Shown: piece by piece, positions 15,383-34,290 of the stretch | Layout of the letters: each line of letters opens with the position of its first letter | Position numbering within the stretch: position 1 is the first letter of the stretch | Source of the DNA: Trichoplax sp. H2 | Lineage: Eukaryota | Reading direction: 5' to 3' | Assembly: GCA_003344405.1 (NCBI GenBank) | Contig: NOWV01000011.1 | Coordinates: 124,001-188,000, forward strand | Length of the DNA stretch: 64,000 nt | Notes under the pieces: generated by a model | Seen by the model: the letters and a program-made list of their open reading frames with translations, nothing else | What the model was told of the DNA's origin: nothing | The model's database searches: none | Made by a program: the position numbers and the translations under genes

Positions 15383-16655
15383 GGCTGTTTTCATATGTTA
15401 CTACAGCTTACAATGATATGTAATCAAATAGTATGAGTTAATTGATCATTCTAGACTCAAATAACAAGGAATTCTATGAGATTTCAAGGCCACACAATAG
15501 TAAAGTTGTAAGTAAGTATAAATTTATATATTAGTCAAGCATTTCCATAGTCACGGAAAGAAATCTTAGCTCCAAGAAGGCTTGACTTGTATAGCGCGAT
15601 ATTGTATTAGATATAAGCAATTACTGATATTTATATTAGCAGATTAATACCATTAAATCTAGAACAAATTGGTTAGAAGTTCATCATCTGCTACTCCAAA
15701 GACTACAAGTTTAACAAATAGGTAAATATTCTAGATAATTGGAGACTCATTAAATTTCTGTAAAATCTTTGCTAGTTTATTGCTTGATGGACCGTTCCCT
15801 AGTGTTTTCTTGAAATGAGTATTAAACTATCTGGAACTTATACCTAAATGCCGTTTTCTGGGATTAAAAATTACCGATATCAGTACTTGTTTGCAAAATT
15901 AATAGAAGATTAATAATCTGCTTATAAGAAAGACTCGCATTAGTTGACCGATAGCTAAATGGACTTTAAACAACCTGAATTTCATTAAAGTTATAAGAAT
16001 CATTTCTAGCTCATTGTTAATATACCGTTCGCTAGTATCTTCTCGGTATGCATACAATTAATTAAAACTAGCACGTAGATAATTTTTTTCCTTTAACTGA
16101 AATTACCAGTATCTATTGGTTATTGGTTAATAAATGTTTGATTTTTTTATCTTATATGCTGATGTCATAAACTATAAGTATTATCTAAACTACAGTATAT
16201 TAGCGATGAATACCATTATCTTCATCGATAAAATAATTTCAACAAGTAGAATTAACACAGTCTATAGTATGGACATCAATTTGTAACCAACACATACAGT
16301 ACTCGTTGCAATCGTAATAAATACATAATTGCGCTATGAATGTACTTGGATAGTCTGTCTGCACAAAAAGCACTATAGAACACTGCTATCTATCTGTTTA
16401 AATTGTGTGATTGAATACAAATTGTGCTACTGTTGACTAACATGTACGATTGGATATGAATTAAGCAAGATTGTTATGTTTAAGAACTGTGTTAAATTAC
16501 GATATAAAAAGTTTGCATTGAATTGATTTCATTATCAACATGAGCGACATCAGAAATAGAATATAGCCACAATGCTAACTGAGATAGAGATGCTATTTTA
16601 AACTAATTTAATCACAACATCTTCTATAAAATAACTATTACAGATAGCTATCAGG

Positions 16656-18136
16656 ATGTCGGTCTCCTATGCACCCGTTAACTTACGTTTGCCTCCTGGA
16701 TTTCAAAATCTATTGGAAGGCTTAGCACGTGAAGTTTTAAGATCTCAACCGGAAGATTTATATAGCTTTGCTGCGGGCTATTTCAGAGATAGATTGACCT
16801 ATAGAGAAGGTAATACACCAAATTCTTGAGATCATGGCATTGCTAAAACCTTAGCGTAATTGCAAATGTATACTTCACTATGTCAGATACCGGAATTGAT
16901 GACGCCAAAATTGGTGCGGAGATGGAAAAACGCATTAAAGGAGATGGCGCTATACCTATAAATTACGATGATCCAAAGGTGGAAAATGCGGTTATAACTA
17001 TCCAATCAGGCTTTCGAGGCTATAAAGATCGTAAATTAGTGGCAGAGATGAAATCGGAGAAACCTCAAGCTGATGGAGAGACACAAGAAGGTGAAAATCA
17101 GACCGAAACGGTAGAGGAAACAGCTACAGATGAAAAACAAGACGATGCAGAGAAAGATAATACGGAAAATCAAGAAATCTTAGACATTGATATGGATGAT
17201 CCCGAGTTAAACAAAGCTGCAATCAAAATTCAAGCCAGCTTCCGAGGTCATGCTTCAAGGAAAGATATGCAAAAAAGTAAGGATAGCGGTGATGACGAAG
17301 AGGCAAAAGTTGAAGATAAGGCTGAAGAAGCACAGACCAATGACGTAGATTTCGATGGAGCTGCTATTAAGATACAATCTACTTACAGGGGCTATCGGGT
17401 TCGAAGGACCCTAAGGCGATCAAATAGCGCTCCTTTAATTGATCCACGTGAACAATATCGTCATCAAGCCGCTGTCAAAATCCAATCGACGTACAGAGGT
17501 CATCGTACAAGGCAGCAATTTCGATCTTCATCAGCAGGAAAAAGGTTCTTATCAAGGAAATCATTTGATGCGAATGGATATACCGCAATAAGTCAAAGCC
17601 ATGAGTTTGCTACCAAAGATGCAACTGACACCGCATTAACAGCTACAGAAGATACTCAACCTACGGAAGAAGTTGCAGAAGAAAATGCAACCGTAATCGA
17701 TACGACAGTCGGAGAAGAGAGTACAGAGGTAGCTGATGATGGAAATAAAGTTACGGATCCAATAGCTACCACGGATAATGCAGAAAATCATTTAGAAGGG
17801 GAATCGCAAGCGAAAGCAGAAAATCAAGCCGAAGGGGAATCGCAAATAGAAGAAAATCAAGCAGAAGGGGAATCGCAAGCAGAAGCAGAAAATCAGCCAG
17901 AAGGGGAATCGCAAGCAGAAGCAGAAAATCAGCCAGAAGGGGATGCGCAAGCAGAAGCAGAAGCAGAATCACAAGCAGATCTAAAACCCGAAGAAAGTAA
18001 AGAAGAAGATATTGATATCGATTTAAATGATCCCGAAGTCAGTAAAGCTGCTATTAAAATACAAGCTACGTTTCGAGGCCATGCTGCCCGAAAGAATCAA
18101 CAGTCTTCACGAACAGACGAAGAAAACAATGAATAA
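16656..18136 (+). CDS. Sp17/SPA17-like protein: N-terminal PKA-RIIa D/D domain + five IQ motifs + acidic repeats
   Basis: Exon 16656-16809 encodes MSVSYAPVNLRLPPGFQNLLEGLAREVLRSQPEDLYSFAAGYF (D/D domain). GT-AG intron 16810-16886 joins in frame to the 418-aa ORF, which has five IQxxxRGxxxR motifs. Confidence 0.85.
17790..17975 (+). repeat. Coding tandem repeat (~33-36 bp; EGESQAEAENQ[P/A]) in the Sp17-like gene
   Basis: About 5 copies of gaaggggaatcgcaagcagaagcagaaaatca. Confidence 0.85.
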
Positions 18137-19643
18137 GTAAAATGTGATGCAGCTACACATTCAATTAATACCTTTTTCTCACTGCAGTCCTTAGTAAAAT
18201 CACAATTAAGCATAAAATGTCTTTAACAGCAATTAAGTGTTACTTAAACATAAAGAAAAGATAATATAGACATGATCTAACTACGATCAATCAATTCAAT
18301 GTATCAACAATTTTAAACTAATCATCTATTAAATTAACAACTCTTCCATGGACATTACCTTTACATTAGTACCTGAACAATTGTATTATTTTTATCTACT
18401 TAATGTACTGTAAACAGGATAGATTAAGCAATTATTCGTTAGCAAACCAATTTCTCCAAAGCTAACTTTTATTATTGGTTGTATAATATTAAATAGATAG
18501 TAAATTGAAATAAAATAAAAAACAGGCTTCAAAGTAACGTACTAAACGGCGAGAATAATTTTTATGAGATCTAGATTTAAGATATTAGAGGAACAGAAGA
18601 ATTTTTGGGTTGTAAGTCTTGATTATATTGAGTCCTACGTGCATCTATCCTCTCCATCATTTATAACATTAATCATCTCGTATACGAGTACATTACTGCC
18701 TAAATAATTTAAACGATCTCTCTGCTTGCAGAAACTTGAGAAGGTAATAATTCCAGCTGTATAAGATTATATTTTTCGATAAATTTAATCATAAAAAACG
18801 TAGCAATAGGGCCAGTGCTTCCATGTTGTAAGATTCGATATATTTTAGATATTGGTTAGCATGTTATAAATCCGTCGTAGAATTTATTTAGCTCCTTTTG
18901 TAGCTATCAGTCTTTCAGTAACAGAGATCTTTTAAATTCTTTAGATTGGAAGCTGTCCCTATCCACTACGTAACCACTTCACTTTATATCTATATAGATG
19001 TCTATCATTTCATTTTACTGAATAAAATTTAAGAAATAAAGACCGAATCCGTTGAAAGGGCTCTGTCTTAAAATTTAATCGAAATCAAATTATAATTAAT
19101 TAACTCAACTATCGTACAATCATAAACATCTCCCTTAGCCATACAGGTAAGATATTACTGGTTTAATGATAAATTTCCATTTAATCTTTATTCTCATCTA
19201 TTAAATGAAAATAGATCAGCAGAATAACAATCAATATTTTTAAAACATCCAAATTTGATTAAAAAAGGCTAACAATGAAATAATACAGTCACATTTGGTG
19301 ATACTTTTGATTAATAGATAGAATATTAGGAAAGATTATGTATGACTATTTGTATGGCATAATAACATTGTAGTTAAAACATCAATATCTTTACAACCAT
19401 GTTGATTTTTAGTTTATTCGAAATTATACTGTAGTTCCTTCAAGCAACAAAATAAGATATCTTACACTTGAATTTTAGCTATACTATTACCATACTAACC
19501 AATGTACAAGATAGCATAATTGAATTACCAATGGTAATTATCAAATGCCAATTTGGTAGTGTAAAATATACACGCACCATCATCGATTTAAGTTTATAGA
19601 TGGTAAACTAGTCGTAATAGATTATAGTACGTATTATCATTTT

Positions 19644-24647
<5,004 letters not shown>

Positions 24648-24682
24648 TTCGCCTTGGAGATTACTGAGATTCTGTCCAGAAT

Positions 24683-24696
24683 GTATCTATGGTAAC
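24683..24696. promoter_or_regulatory. RFX X-box (GTATCTATGGTAAC) ~35 bp upstream of the CFAP91 ATG
   Basis: Matches the canonical 14-bp GTHNYY-AT-RRNAAC consensus in front of a motile-cilia gene. Confidence 0.8.
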
Positions 24697-26881
24697 GTCA
24701 TTCTTGTTGATACTGGGTACGTACAGTACAGTATTGTATTTGTCTCAGACGTCCCTGACAGTGGACTATCACTCAAAAAGTGCCTTGTGTAGTACAGTAC
24801 ATTACACTTAACATTACAGTACTGTGTACTGTAATGTTAAGACCCACTTCTTAGTCCTACAGTACTGTATGTTACGGTGGCCCAAGGGGACGGCGTTATG
24901 CAGAAATTATGCATCTTCCCCAATTCAGAACACCGGCCGGAGATTTTCAATCTTCTCACGTACGATGTAGTTATAGAGTAAGTGCACTGCACTTAGCTAT
25001 TAGTGTTACTTGTATCACAATCAACTGCTATGGAAGATAGTCAGCGAGCGAATACTATATCATATTATCTCCTTATAGTAATCGTAACTAAATTTTCTTA
25101 ATACTATTGATCTTTTTAATTAATTACTACTCAAACAGTATTTCAAATTTTCAAATATGTGATGCTAGATCAGTTTCCATGAAAATGTCTTTCAAGTTAC
25201 TTAGTTCAACTTAGGCTATGTTAGGAACATTTATTTTGAAGATTTAATGCGTCAATAATTGTGAAATTTCCTTAGTATAGTGTTTGCTAAACCATGGACG
25301 CATGCTACTACTCAATGTACATGATCGCAATATGAAATAAAAGCATATCATACTATGGAAGCCGTTCTACAGAAGCGCCCAGCCTATCTAAAATAAGAGT
25401 TTATTTGAAATACTCTCCTTTTAGGGTCTCTACTCTCTCTAGGCCAGTATGACTATTTCTCTCTTTTTACTGCAGTCAGCGATGGCTACTGCTACTGTAC
25501 TGTTCAGCACAGTTAGCTAATATAGTATACGTCCACTCTATACGGTCGTTCATTTGCAGTTCCACAGCATGAACCACAGGCATAACAGGCCTGCGCATTT
25601 TCCCGATTTTGCTGCGCACAAAAATTATTCTTGTCCGCTACTATACAAAGATATACTCGTATTTCGAATACTGTATGTAGTATTCGTCTTTATTTTTAGA
25701 TTAGACTATAAATTTTGTGTACCAACAGTTGCTAAATCGTTCTAAACCGATTATCAGCAGTAGTAAACGTGACGATTGTATAATGTACAGTCAAAATTCG
25801 GAAAAAAAGTTCATGCAAGCTGCGCGCTACTCTGCCCAAGTCTGAAGCCGACGATGCATTCACATTTAATTATACTGTACGTATACACACAGTATACAAT
25901 ATACGTACAGTACTATATTACTAGACTTGATCAACAGAAATGGGAAAGTCCCTGATTTGATTTATAGTAATTATAAGATTTTATCTGAAAGTTGGCGTAA
26001 CTTTAATTTTTCAATTATAAATAAAAATTTTATCTGCATCTGTTTTAAATTTTTCTCTTGATGGATTAGATAAGACATTTAGGGGTAATACATTTATCTA
26101 CTATATAGAATACTGTAATACTGTTCTACAATTTAATTTATTTATTACTTTTGCATAATAATATTGTCTAATACTGCGCAGTGAATACGCCAGTATCTCC
26201 TTTAATTTCATTTCTCATTAGATTCGAATATGAGGGCACTACCTCTATCCCTGTGAATAACGAAGTTTTTAACACATACAGTACAGTACTTTACATCAGG
26301 TATTGAAGTTGCATGATATAATTGGGCTGTCTGGCCAAAGTTGTCAACAAAACACAACTGTGTGAAAAACTACACTGCAAAACTGACAAGATTTGGTTGA
26401 CGATTTCTACAATCTGTATTACTGTAGTTCTATAGTTCTAACTGACTTTTAAATACTGAATGATTGGTTAATTATCGCCCTTCTTTTATTACTTGTAAAG
26501 CCGTCAAGTCCTGCTATTCATTACGTGCTGTACATTAACGGTTCGTGAGTATTTTCTGGATTTTAAATACGCGTATTCCTCTAGCTTAAGTTATAGTTGC
26601 ATGTCGATCCTTAAGCTGCTAGCGATTATTAATTTTAATAATTTCACTACTTTAATTTCTATGTAAAAGGTAAAAGGAAGTCTGCAAGTTATTTAAATTC
26701 CTTATTCTTTTGTACCCAATATAGCAGTACAGCTGTAATAACATAAAACCATAAATCAATCGCTGTACACAGATTGCGATCTAACCGATGTACTGTATGT
26801 TTTAACTATGTAAATTTATCTCTGGGTGCGCAAAGATTTTCAGGAATACAGTGTTGTTATTTGTCGTATTTCTCTGTAAAA

Positions 26882-28978
26882 ATGGATCGACTATCAAAAA
26901 TTCAATGCGGTACTCAACAAGTGAACATTAGCAATGAATTAATTAATATCCTGATGGCTTCATCTGACGATATCATGTATCCTAGTCAATTCATTGCCAT
27001 TAGCAAAGAACGTTGGCAACAGAATGATCAACAATTTGGGCCAGATCTTATAACTCCAATCATTTCTCTGTTCGAGTTATTGGCACATTTGAAAGGCAGA
27101 GACATGTCAGCTATGCAAAAATTTTTACGCAGTTATTCTGCTATTTTGTGCTGGAGACATGAAGTATTAAAAGTGAATACAAAATCGATGGAAAAAGCAA
27201 AGTACAACGACGGTGATACAATAATGGAGGCTACGCTAGAAGAAAATCGACGTTGTGTTCGAAGTGAAGAAAATATGATAGCATTGCTTGCTGATGAATT
27301 ATGCCTGGAAACTAGTCATATCTTTAAACGAATGTGTATATCAGAATTGAAAGTGAAATTTTCTATACTACGGTCTACAAAGCACTTATACAAATTAAGC
27401 AAAAATCATTCTATGGCCATGACCGAACATTACGACAATACATTCAAGCCACTGTCTTATTATTATTGGCAGGAAGATGTTGATAATACCTGGAATTCAC
27501 TGGATGATGATAAGACATTGGAAAATCATCAATTTGAGAATGACAATCTGCAATCGATATTTAATGGTAGTTTATGCAATAGTGATCAGAATATTTCATG
27601 TAGCCTAATTGGCAATGCACCATGCAATAAAAGCTCAGTAGAAATAGATTCTATAATCACACAGCAGAGTAAAAATTGTAGACATGACGATGATTACCAA
27701 ATTTCTCCCACTGCAGAATATGATTTCAATAATTTATGTCAAACAATGCAAGGACATAATATCGCTATATCGTCATTTTACAAAGAAATTGCAAATAAGG
27801 ATAAAACTCTCATCGACAGCAAGATCCAACAGGCTCAACCACTATCTACTGATCAAATCGATCGAAAAGTTGACGTCAAAGACGATGAAACTTCGACAGC
27901 GCAGAAAGATGATTGCGATGTTCAAGCAAATGTAGGTGCAATAATAATTTAGTACATGTGCTGTAGTGGTTATAATTCAATGCTTGTATGGTTTATACGA
28001 AGTAGCTTATAGCCGAAGTCTGAAGATGTAGCGTTCCCTTTATTGAAGAGAATTTTAAATTAGCTAAAATTTGTGAAGGAGTAATAACTTGGAGGTTGTA
28101 ACTTCATCCTAGTAGTAGACCTCCTGTAAATAGTAGTATTTAAACTTAAATTGATAGCCATTTTATTTGCTATTATTATCTTTTGTAAAGCATTACAGTG
28201 AGAGTTAGTGTGCACTACACATAAGTACTACGTCTATGCTAGCAATTGCATATCTCACAAAATTGATTTATTAAAGTATTTCAGCATGTAAATTTCATTA
28301 CTGTATAATTGCATTATCCTTTAGAGCAGTAGATCGAAAATGCACTTTTAATAAATTTCTCTACGACTTATTGTAACATTCCTTATTTTTTAATCAGTCA
28401 TGGAAAGAAAAGCAAGTTTTAAAGGTTTATTTGGAGAATTTATGTCGTTTATCGCATGAATCGCACTTGAGTATCGTTGCAACACCTGATGGCTGTAGCG
28501 GAATCGTTTCATATTGTCCCCAATCCAGTTATGGCTGGCCGAAAATTTTTCGTTATTTATTATATCGAGAAATCTGGATGGTTTGCAGTTTGAGTGAGCA
28601 AGCATTAATCATGTATAAAGGTGTGATAGTCAATATAGTAACGTAATTATGGGAAATGCGTTATTTTGACATAAACCAATCTAACTGTTAAGTCTCTCAA
28701 ACTTTTCTAATACTTCAGATATGACCAAGAACGAATTTGTATGGAGACTCCCTTTTCGATTTATCGCTAATGTTGCTTTAGCTAAAAGACATCGAAATAG
28801 AAAGTCATTTTTCATTCAGCATCTGCACTATAAAATTACACTCAAGACAAAGAATAAAAATTGCGCTGCACTGTGGGTGTACATTATTACTTGGTCAATG
28901 AATCAAACCAGTCCGTCGTGGCTTCCGTCATCAACTGACACAGATATGCATGAAATACGTACAATACATTGCAAATAG
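26882..28978 (+). CDS. Uncharacterised protein with helical N-terminus and C-terminal PH-like domain (3 coding exons proposed)
   Basis: Exons 26882-27931, 28398-28620 and 28719-28978 join in frame through GT-AG sites. The C-terminus GIVSY..REIWMVCS..ALIMYKD..FVWRLPF..SFFIQH..ITLKT..CAALWVYII has a PH-type strand/helix pattern with the conserved Trp. Confidence 0.6.
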
Positions 28979-29645
28979 GCGAATAGAAGATCAATTGTGT
29001 CATTAAGATCCCTTTTAGTAAGTACAGAGTATAGTCATAACTTAGTTTTTTAATGAACTAGATTAGCGTGTTTCTCATTCCACTCTTGTTGTACTGTATA
29101 TTCCAATAGTTGATTACCGTTACTTGGTCTATTCTATGATTTGTATCATTAATTAAGTTTGTATCAAGCCATGACACTGTATGTGTGTGATACCCATACA
29201 TAGACTGCTCACCGGCTTGTGGCATTATTCAATTGAGTAAATCAGTGTGTATTTGTAGTCAGGCTTATTTATACAATTTATCTATCTCAGATCTAGATAC
29301 AATACTATTTGTAGCCTGCATTGTGCTAAAACTATCAACTACTGTAAAGTTATCGTATAAGAAAGGATGGTATTTCTTAAAGTAATACAAAAGGCAGGCT
29401 TACTGTAACAAAAAATGCTGTCCGGTGATACTCGATAAGTAGCTTTCATGTATCAAAAAATTTCCACATTTGATTATAGAATAATAATTATTCGCATTTA
29501 TTATCCAAATTCTATTAAGTTAAATCATTTAATGTCGTAAAAACATTATCAAAGCTGTCATAATAATATCATGTTGATAATAGCTATGAGTAAATGAGTA
29601 AATATTCATTCTCTTTAGCTCTTTATATGTTTCTTTCGATGGTAG

Positions 29646-32551
29646 CTAAACAAATCCGTGCGATTTCAACTTTTCTACGAGTTCACTGACATCCTCAACC
29701 TTACTTCCGGCTTGACGTACGGGGGGATCTTCCACACTTAATGTTTCCGTTCGAGGCGAGATATCTACACCCAAATCTGCTGGAGTCTTTACATCTATCT
29801 TTTTCTTTTTTGCTTTCTGAATAAATTATTTAAGAAGAGTATATTAGAATTTACGTAATTTTTATCGCATGGCGTATTCATTCAGTAGCTATTAATTATT
29901 CGAGTGTACGAACCATGATATTTGGTAATGTGGCATAGCGAGGTTCATTTAATCTACCCATGAAAAATATAATTCACCAACAATTAGTAAACGAAATAAT
30001 CATCATTATAGGTTATTAATGGCGGAACGTGCCTTTTTCGTCTCAGTAGCTAGCTACGGCATACAACTTTGTACTCATAAGGTAGATTAAAGTATGTTGT
30101 ACAGATTCTGTTGATTTCATTGCAGGGTAATACTGTATTCCAATAAGGAAATTTTGTAACAACTGAAATTGATGATATGCATTAAAGAGCTATGATCTAC
30201 CTCAAATCCGCGGATACTACGGCCGGCATGTTTACTTTTATCGTTTCTAATCCACCATCAACTTCACGAATGACTTTCATACTGTCGCCATCAACTGTAA
30301 TTTCTGAGGCAAAAGTTGCCTATTGTAAAAATAATACCATAATTAATTACAACTGTTCATTTCTATATAAACTTTCAAGACGGTTTTTATATACTGTAAA
30401 TTATGTACCTGAGGCCAATCCAGTAAAGCTGCAGTTAGCTGGCCGGTTTGGTTACAATCATCGTCAATGGCCTATTCAATTGCATATAATCGCAATTATA
30501 GGTTAATCCACATAGAGGGTTACCAAAAAATTATAGAACGCAGTAACGGAATTTTGAAAGGCCGGTACTATATTTAAAAAAACTTGTGCAATACGCGTAG
30601 AATATTAAGATGACGAGTCGTTTACCTGCTTGCCAACAATGATCAAGCCTACGTCCTCATCTTTAGCTAATTTACTAAAGATTTTAGCAACACCTAATGG
30701 TTCCAACGTATGGCTTTCTGGTTCAGGCACTTCCACGTGAATTGCACGATCAGCTCCCATCGCTAGAGCTGTTCTCAACGTTTCCTACAGCATTACAGAC
30801 AATGCAATATTAGTTGCAAAAATCACATGGATTGTAGGATAAAAATTGTATGTATCTTATTTGGTCTACCTGACATTGCTTAGGTCCACAGCTGATTGCA
30901 ACAACCTCTGAGGCTACTTTTTTCTCTTTAAGTCGAACTGCCTATTGATATGAATACAATAAACAGTACATGAGTCATAGATCAATCTTTTAACTTTAGT
31001 AATTATAAAATGTTTCTGTACAAACTTCTTCAATAGCAATTTCATCAAATGGGTTCATACTGTGCTTGACGCCATCCGTTACTACTCCAGTCTTATCAGG
31101 CTTTACACGCACCTTTTAAGAAAATGATACATACGAACATCGATCAATGCTGTTTCAAGAATTGTTGAAAGTAACTCCATACAGGTATAAAAAAAATTTA
31201 ACTCAGAGGTTTGTAAATATGCAAGGAAAGATAAGTGCTCGTAATCGTAGGAGAGTTGTGCTACACGTTGTGTTATTAATAGGCATCATCTTAAAGATAA
31301 AGTATTGAACTACTTATACTGTATTATTAACATTAAGATGGATTTAGGTGAAAGTTGTAATACGAATAATTTGACTACAGTCAATACTTGTATTTTACAG
31401 GTCTTGATGGTATTCATTTCACCGAATCTACTTAACAATTAGACCTTAAATACTGTAGTTTAGAAGGGTTACTGTAAAACGAAAGACTCGATTCTAGTGT
31501 TTTATTCCATTAATGAAAAGCTAAGATATTTCGATATTTCGTTACATTTATGGACTAGTCGAATCGGTCAGTTCTATATTTTAGTAAGAATTAATCCTTG
31601 AATTAAATTATGCCGAATAGTAAAAAAGTATTGTGTGACTAGACACTGATAGCCAAGTAAATAAACACTAAATTAATATACTCGTTAACATTGCGGCATT
31701 GATGAAAGTACAAATATTCTCGATGGAAGGATCAGAACGGTTTGTAATACGTTATTACTGCATTTTTTACACAAGTTTTGATGACCACAATCCTCAGTAT
31801 TAATTCATGGACTATTAGAAGAAAACTGGTTTTCTTCCAGAAGTCATGATTAATCCAACTCGATATACAGTTGATATCGCCCGTAGCATCGACGATACGG
31901 CCAGTTTCCTATCAGGCTTATCAAGTCATGCCACGAAAGAAACTTACTCAAGAATGGAAACTCCACTAGCAAATGATTTTTTCAAATCAGAATATACAAG
32001 ATCATCTGCTCTATCATTTAAACTATCTGCTACCATTAGACTAAGATCAGCAGTGAGCTGATGTACATAGAACAAGGTTTAAAGTACAGTACAAAACGTC
32101 AACTATCTTGCTAACCCATTTTTCAGTAGCTAGTATACGAGTACTGTAGTATACAGTACAACTACTTCATCGAGCATCTACTCTATTACTAATATTTTAT
32201 GACTAAAGCTTTTCTAAATTTTATGAATGCATTTGTAAGGTTGGAAAGAAGAGAATTTAGCTATAGCCATTAGTCTGCATGTTAGATAGCTCGCAAGAGA
32301 ACAAAATGACCTTATTACTACAAGGATTTGGCACAACATTGTGTCCATTGAGGGTTGAGCAGTATGCAACTGCATTGTACTTGCATACTGTTGAACTCCC
32401 ATTTTGTAATGTAACCCTTGTCCAACTGGACTCATAGAACAGTAAAGGATATCTTCAATGGTTAAAAGATTGGATTAAAATTACAAATTGAACTTACTTT
32501 AACGGCATAATCAATGACACGCTTGCAACCAACAAGAACTCTGAGAGCCAT
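29646..32551 (-). CDS. ETFB: Electron transfer flavoprotein beta subunit
   Basis: [100 protein letters not shown]; stop at 29646. Confidence 0.96.
31780..32270 (-). mobile_element. Degenerate non-LTR retrotransposon RT fragment (CR1/L2/Jockey-type) in ETFB intron 1
   Basis: Minus-strand translation with stops and frameshifts gives [18 protein letters not shown] (cf. YRPISLLPTLSKILEK), [40 protein letters not shown] (cf. D.VYLDFSKAFDSV) and MTSG, in the expected order. Confidence 0.5.
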
Positions 32552-33299
32552 ATTGCTAACCGTTGCGGGGGGACGTATTAAGTGATAGATTGAACGTTGG
32601 CCGTGGCTGTCACCCAGCTTTTCGGGCTGAGGGGTTAACAGGGGTTGACTGGTTAACACCTGTTTGACTTCAACACCGTGCACAGTCATACTACTGTTGC
32701 ACAATGGACTGTATCAGCAGTTCAGTACCACGCTGCTACGGTCACAGGAGTCTAGTCGTGGGTGATTGGGCAGCTGAGCATGAGCAGTATAGCTACCCGT
32801 ACAGTACTAGGACACGAACTGTACAGTACAGTACTTGACGCCCCGGGTACAGACTGTACACTATGTATTGTACTTTAGTGCCTCGTAAAGCCAGTCAAAC
32901 AGGATCCGATCCAGCTATTGGACATAGTCAACATACGGTGCAAAGTCCAAGTTTCACGAAATGCTTTATACTGTACTTGTATATACAGTACTTCAGTCTT
33001 CCGTCATGTACCTCATATTAGTACAGTACAGCTTGGCGTAGATGGATTGTTAAATATTGATATCGATACTTTGACATAAGCAATCCAGGAGAAATACGTT
33101 GATTAGTCTTCCACATCAACTCATTATATACTGTATAATCATTAATTTTCTTCTCATTTCATCCCATAATTATTGTTATTGCTGTTTTATGATATGTAGT
33201 CAGACTGGTGTTAATCTTTATTTTTCTTTTAATTGTGATTGCTGTTCTATGCCGTGTAGTCAGCCAGACGTTATGCTGGGGGGGAATTGGCCAACAATT

Positions 33300-34290
33300 T
33301 GCTAACAATTTGTAATAATGACTATGAAAACTACTCCAGCTTCTATGTTGAGGTCTACGGACAATACATGCGAGCACTGTAGTATGTAGATCCCCAAACC
33401 CTCCTCCGTCAATTAAAGCTTTCATTGGTTACTATCTTCGGAATCAGTCATCATTATTTTGTAATAATGCAAGCAAATGACAACAGTAGTTCTTATAGTC
33501 ATTATTACAGAATACCTGTACTCGCATCACCCATCCAGAGTGCATTTATTATACACGAGTACTGTTTATAGCTTGACAAAATTGAAACCAATAATATCTT
33601 TGCCAATAGGCAAATAATGTAAGCTGGTTTCCTCTTGATCTCAATCCAATCATATAGTCGAGCGTATCGTATTATTCTAGAATCAAGACCACATTGAGTC
33701 AGCTATTATGCCATTTTCTTGACCGCGAACGCAATCGTCCACGAATAGTTTGTTTACTATAATTACATTACGTAGATACGACCACCACAAGCACAGATAC
33801 ATGACAACCTAAACTTAGATTTCTCCGAAATATGTAGTACTGAAGCTAGCTGATTTTATTTTGCTCATAAACGCGCATATAATACTCGAGATGTTTTAGA
33901 AGTAATACCTTGTTAATGCTAGTTATTCCCGTAAAGAATAGTTGAAATCTTTCCATTTATTACATGCCAGTATGCCATAGTCGTTCAATATTTCGTATAT
34001 TGCATGTAATATTATTTATAAATATAATACATAAAATGATAATAATAATAAATTATAAATTCCCGAATACTGTAAATGATATGCTACCTGTAGATGTCAT
34101 CGGTTTCAACTTTACAACTGCATTAGCTCTAGAGAACACCGTTACTTTAAGCAAATGAAATTATCTTGCATTCTTTTTTTAATATGAAGTACGGTATATT
34201 AAATATCTTCCTATGCCGCCTGGGTTACCAAATAACAACTATTATTTAAGATGCAATTTCGTTTAGAGCATAGAATGAAGATCGATCAAA
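33300..34290 (-). mobile_element. Possible highly decayed L1/Tx1-type RT remnant
   Basis: Fragments CILNNS..VTQ, ETDD, LLAKILLVSILS and KALIDGGGFGDL lie in the order of SCxxNNG/VRQG, YADD and GGLGL motifs. Many stops; weak support. Confidence 0.25.

Noticed and set aside
17766-17972. Leu-rich minus-strand ORF resembling a membrane peptide
   Set aside because: Antisense shadow of the acidic coding repeat in the Sp17-like gene.
32937-32949. HNF4-like DR1 (GGTGCAAAGTCCA) upstream of ETFB
   Set aside because: A single short match could occur by chance in 64 kb; no independent support.
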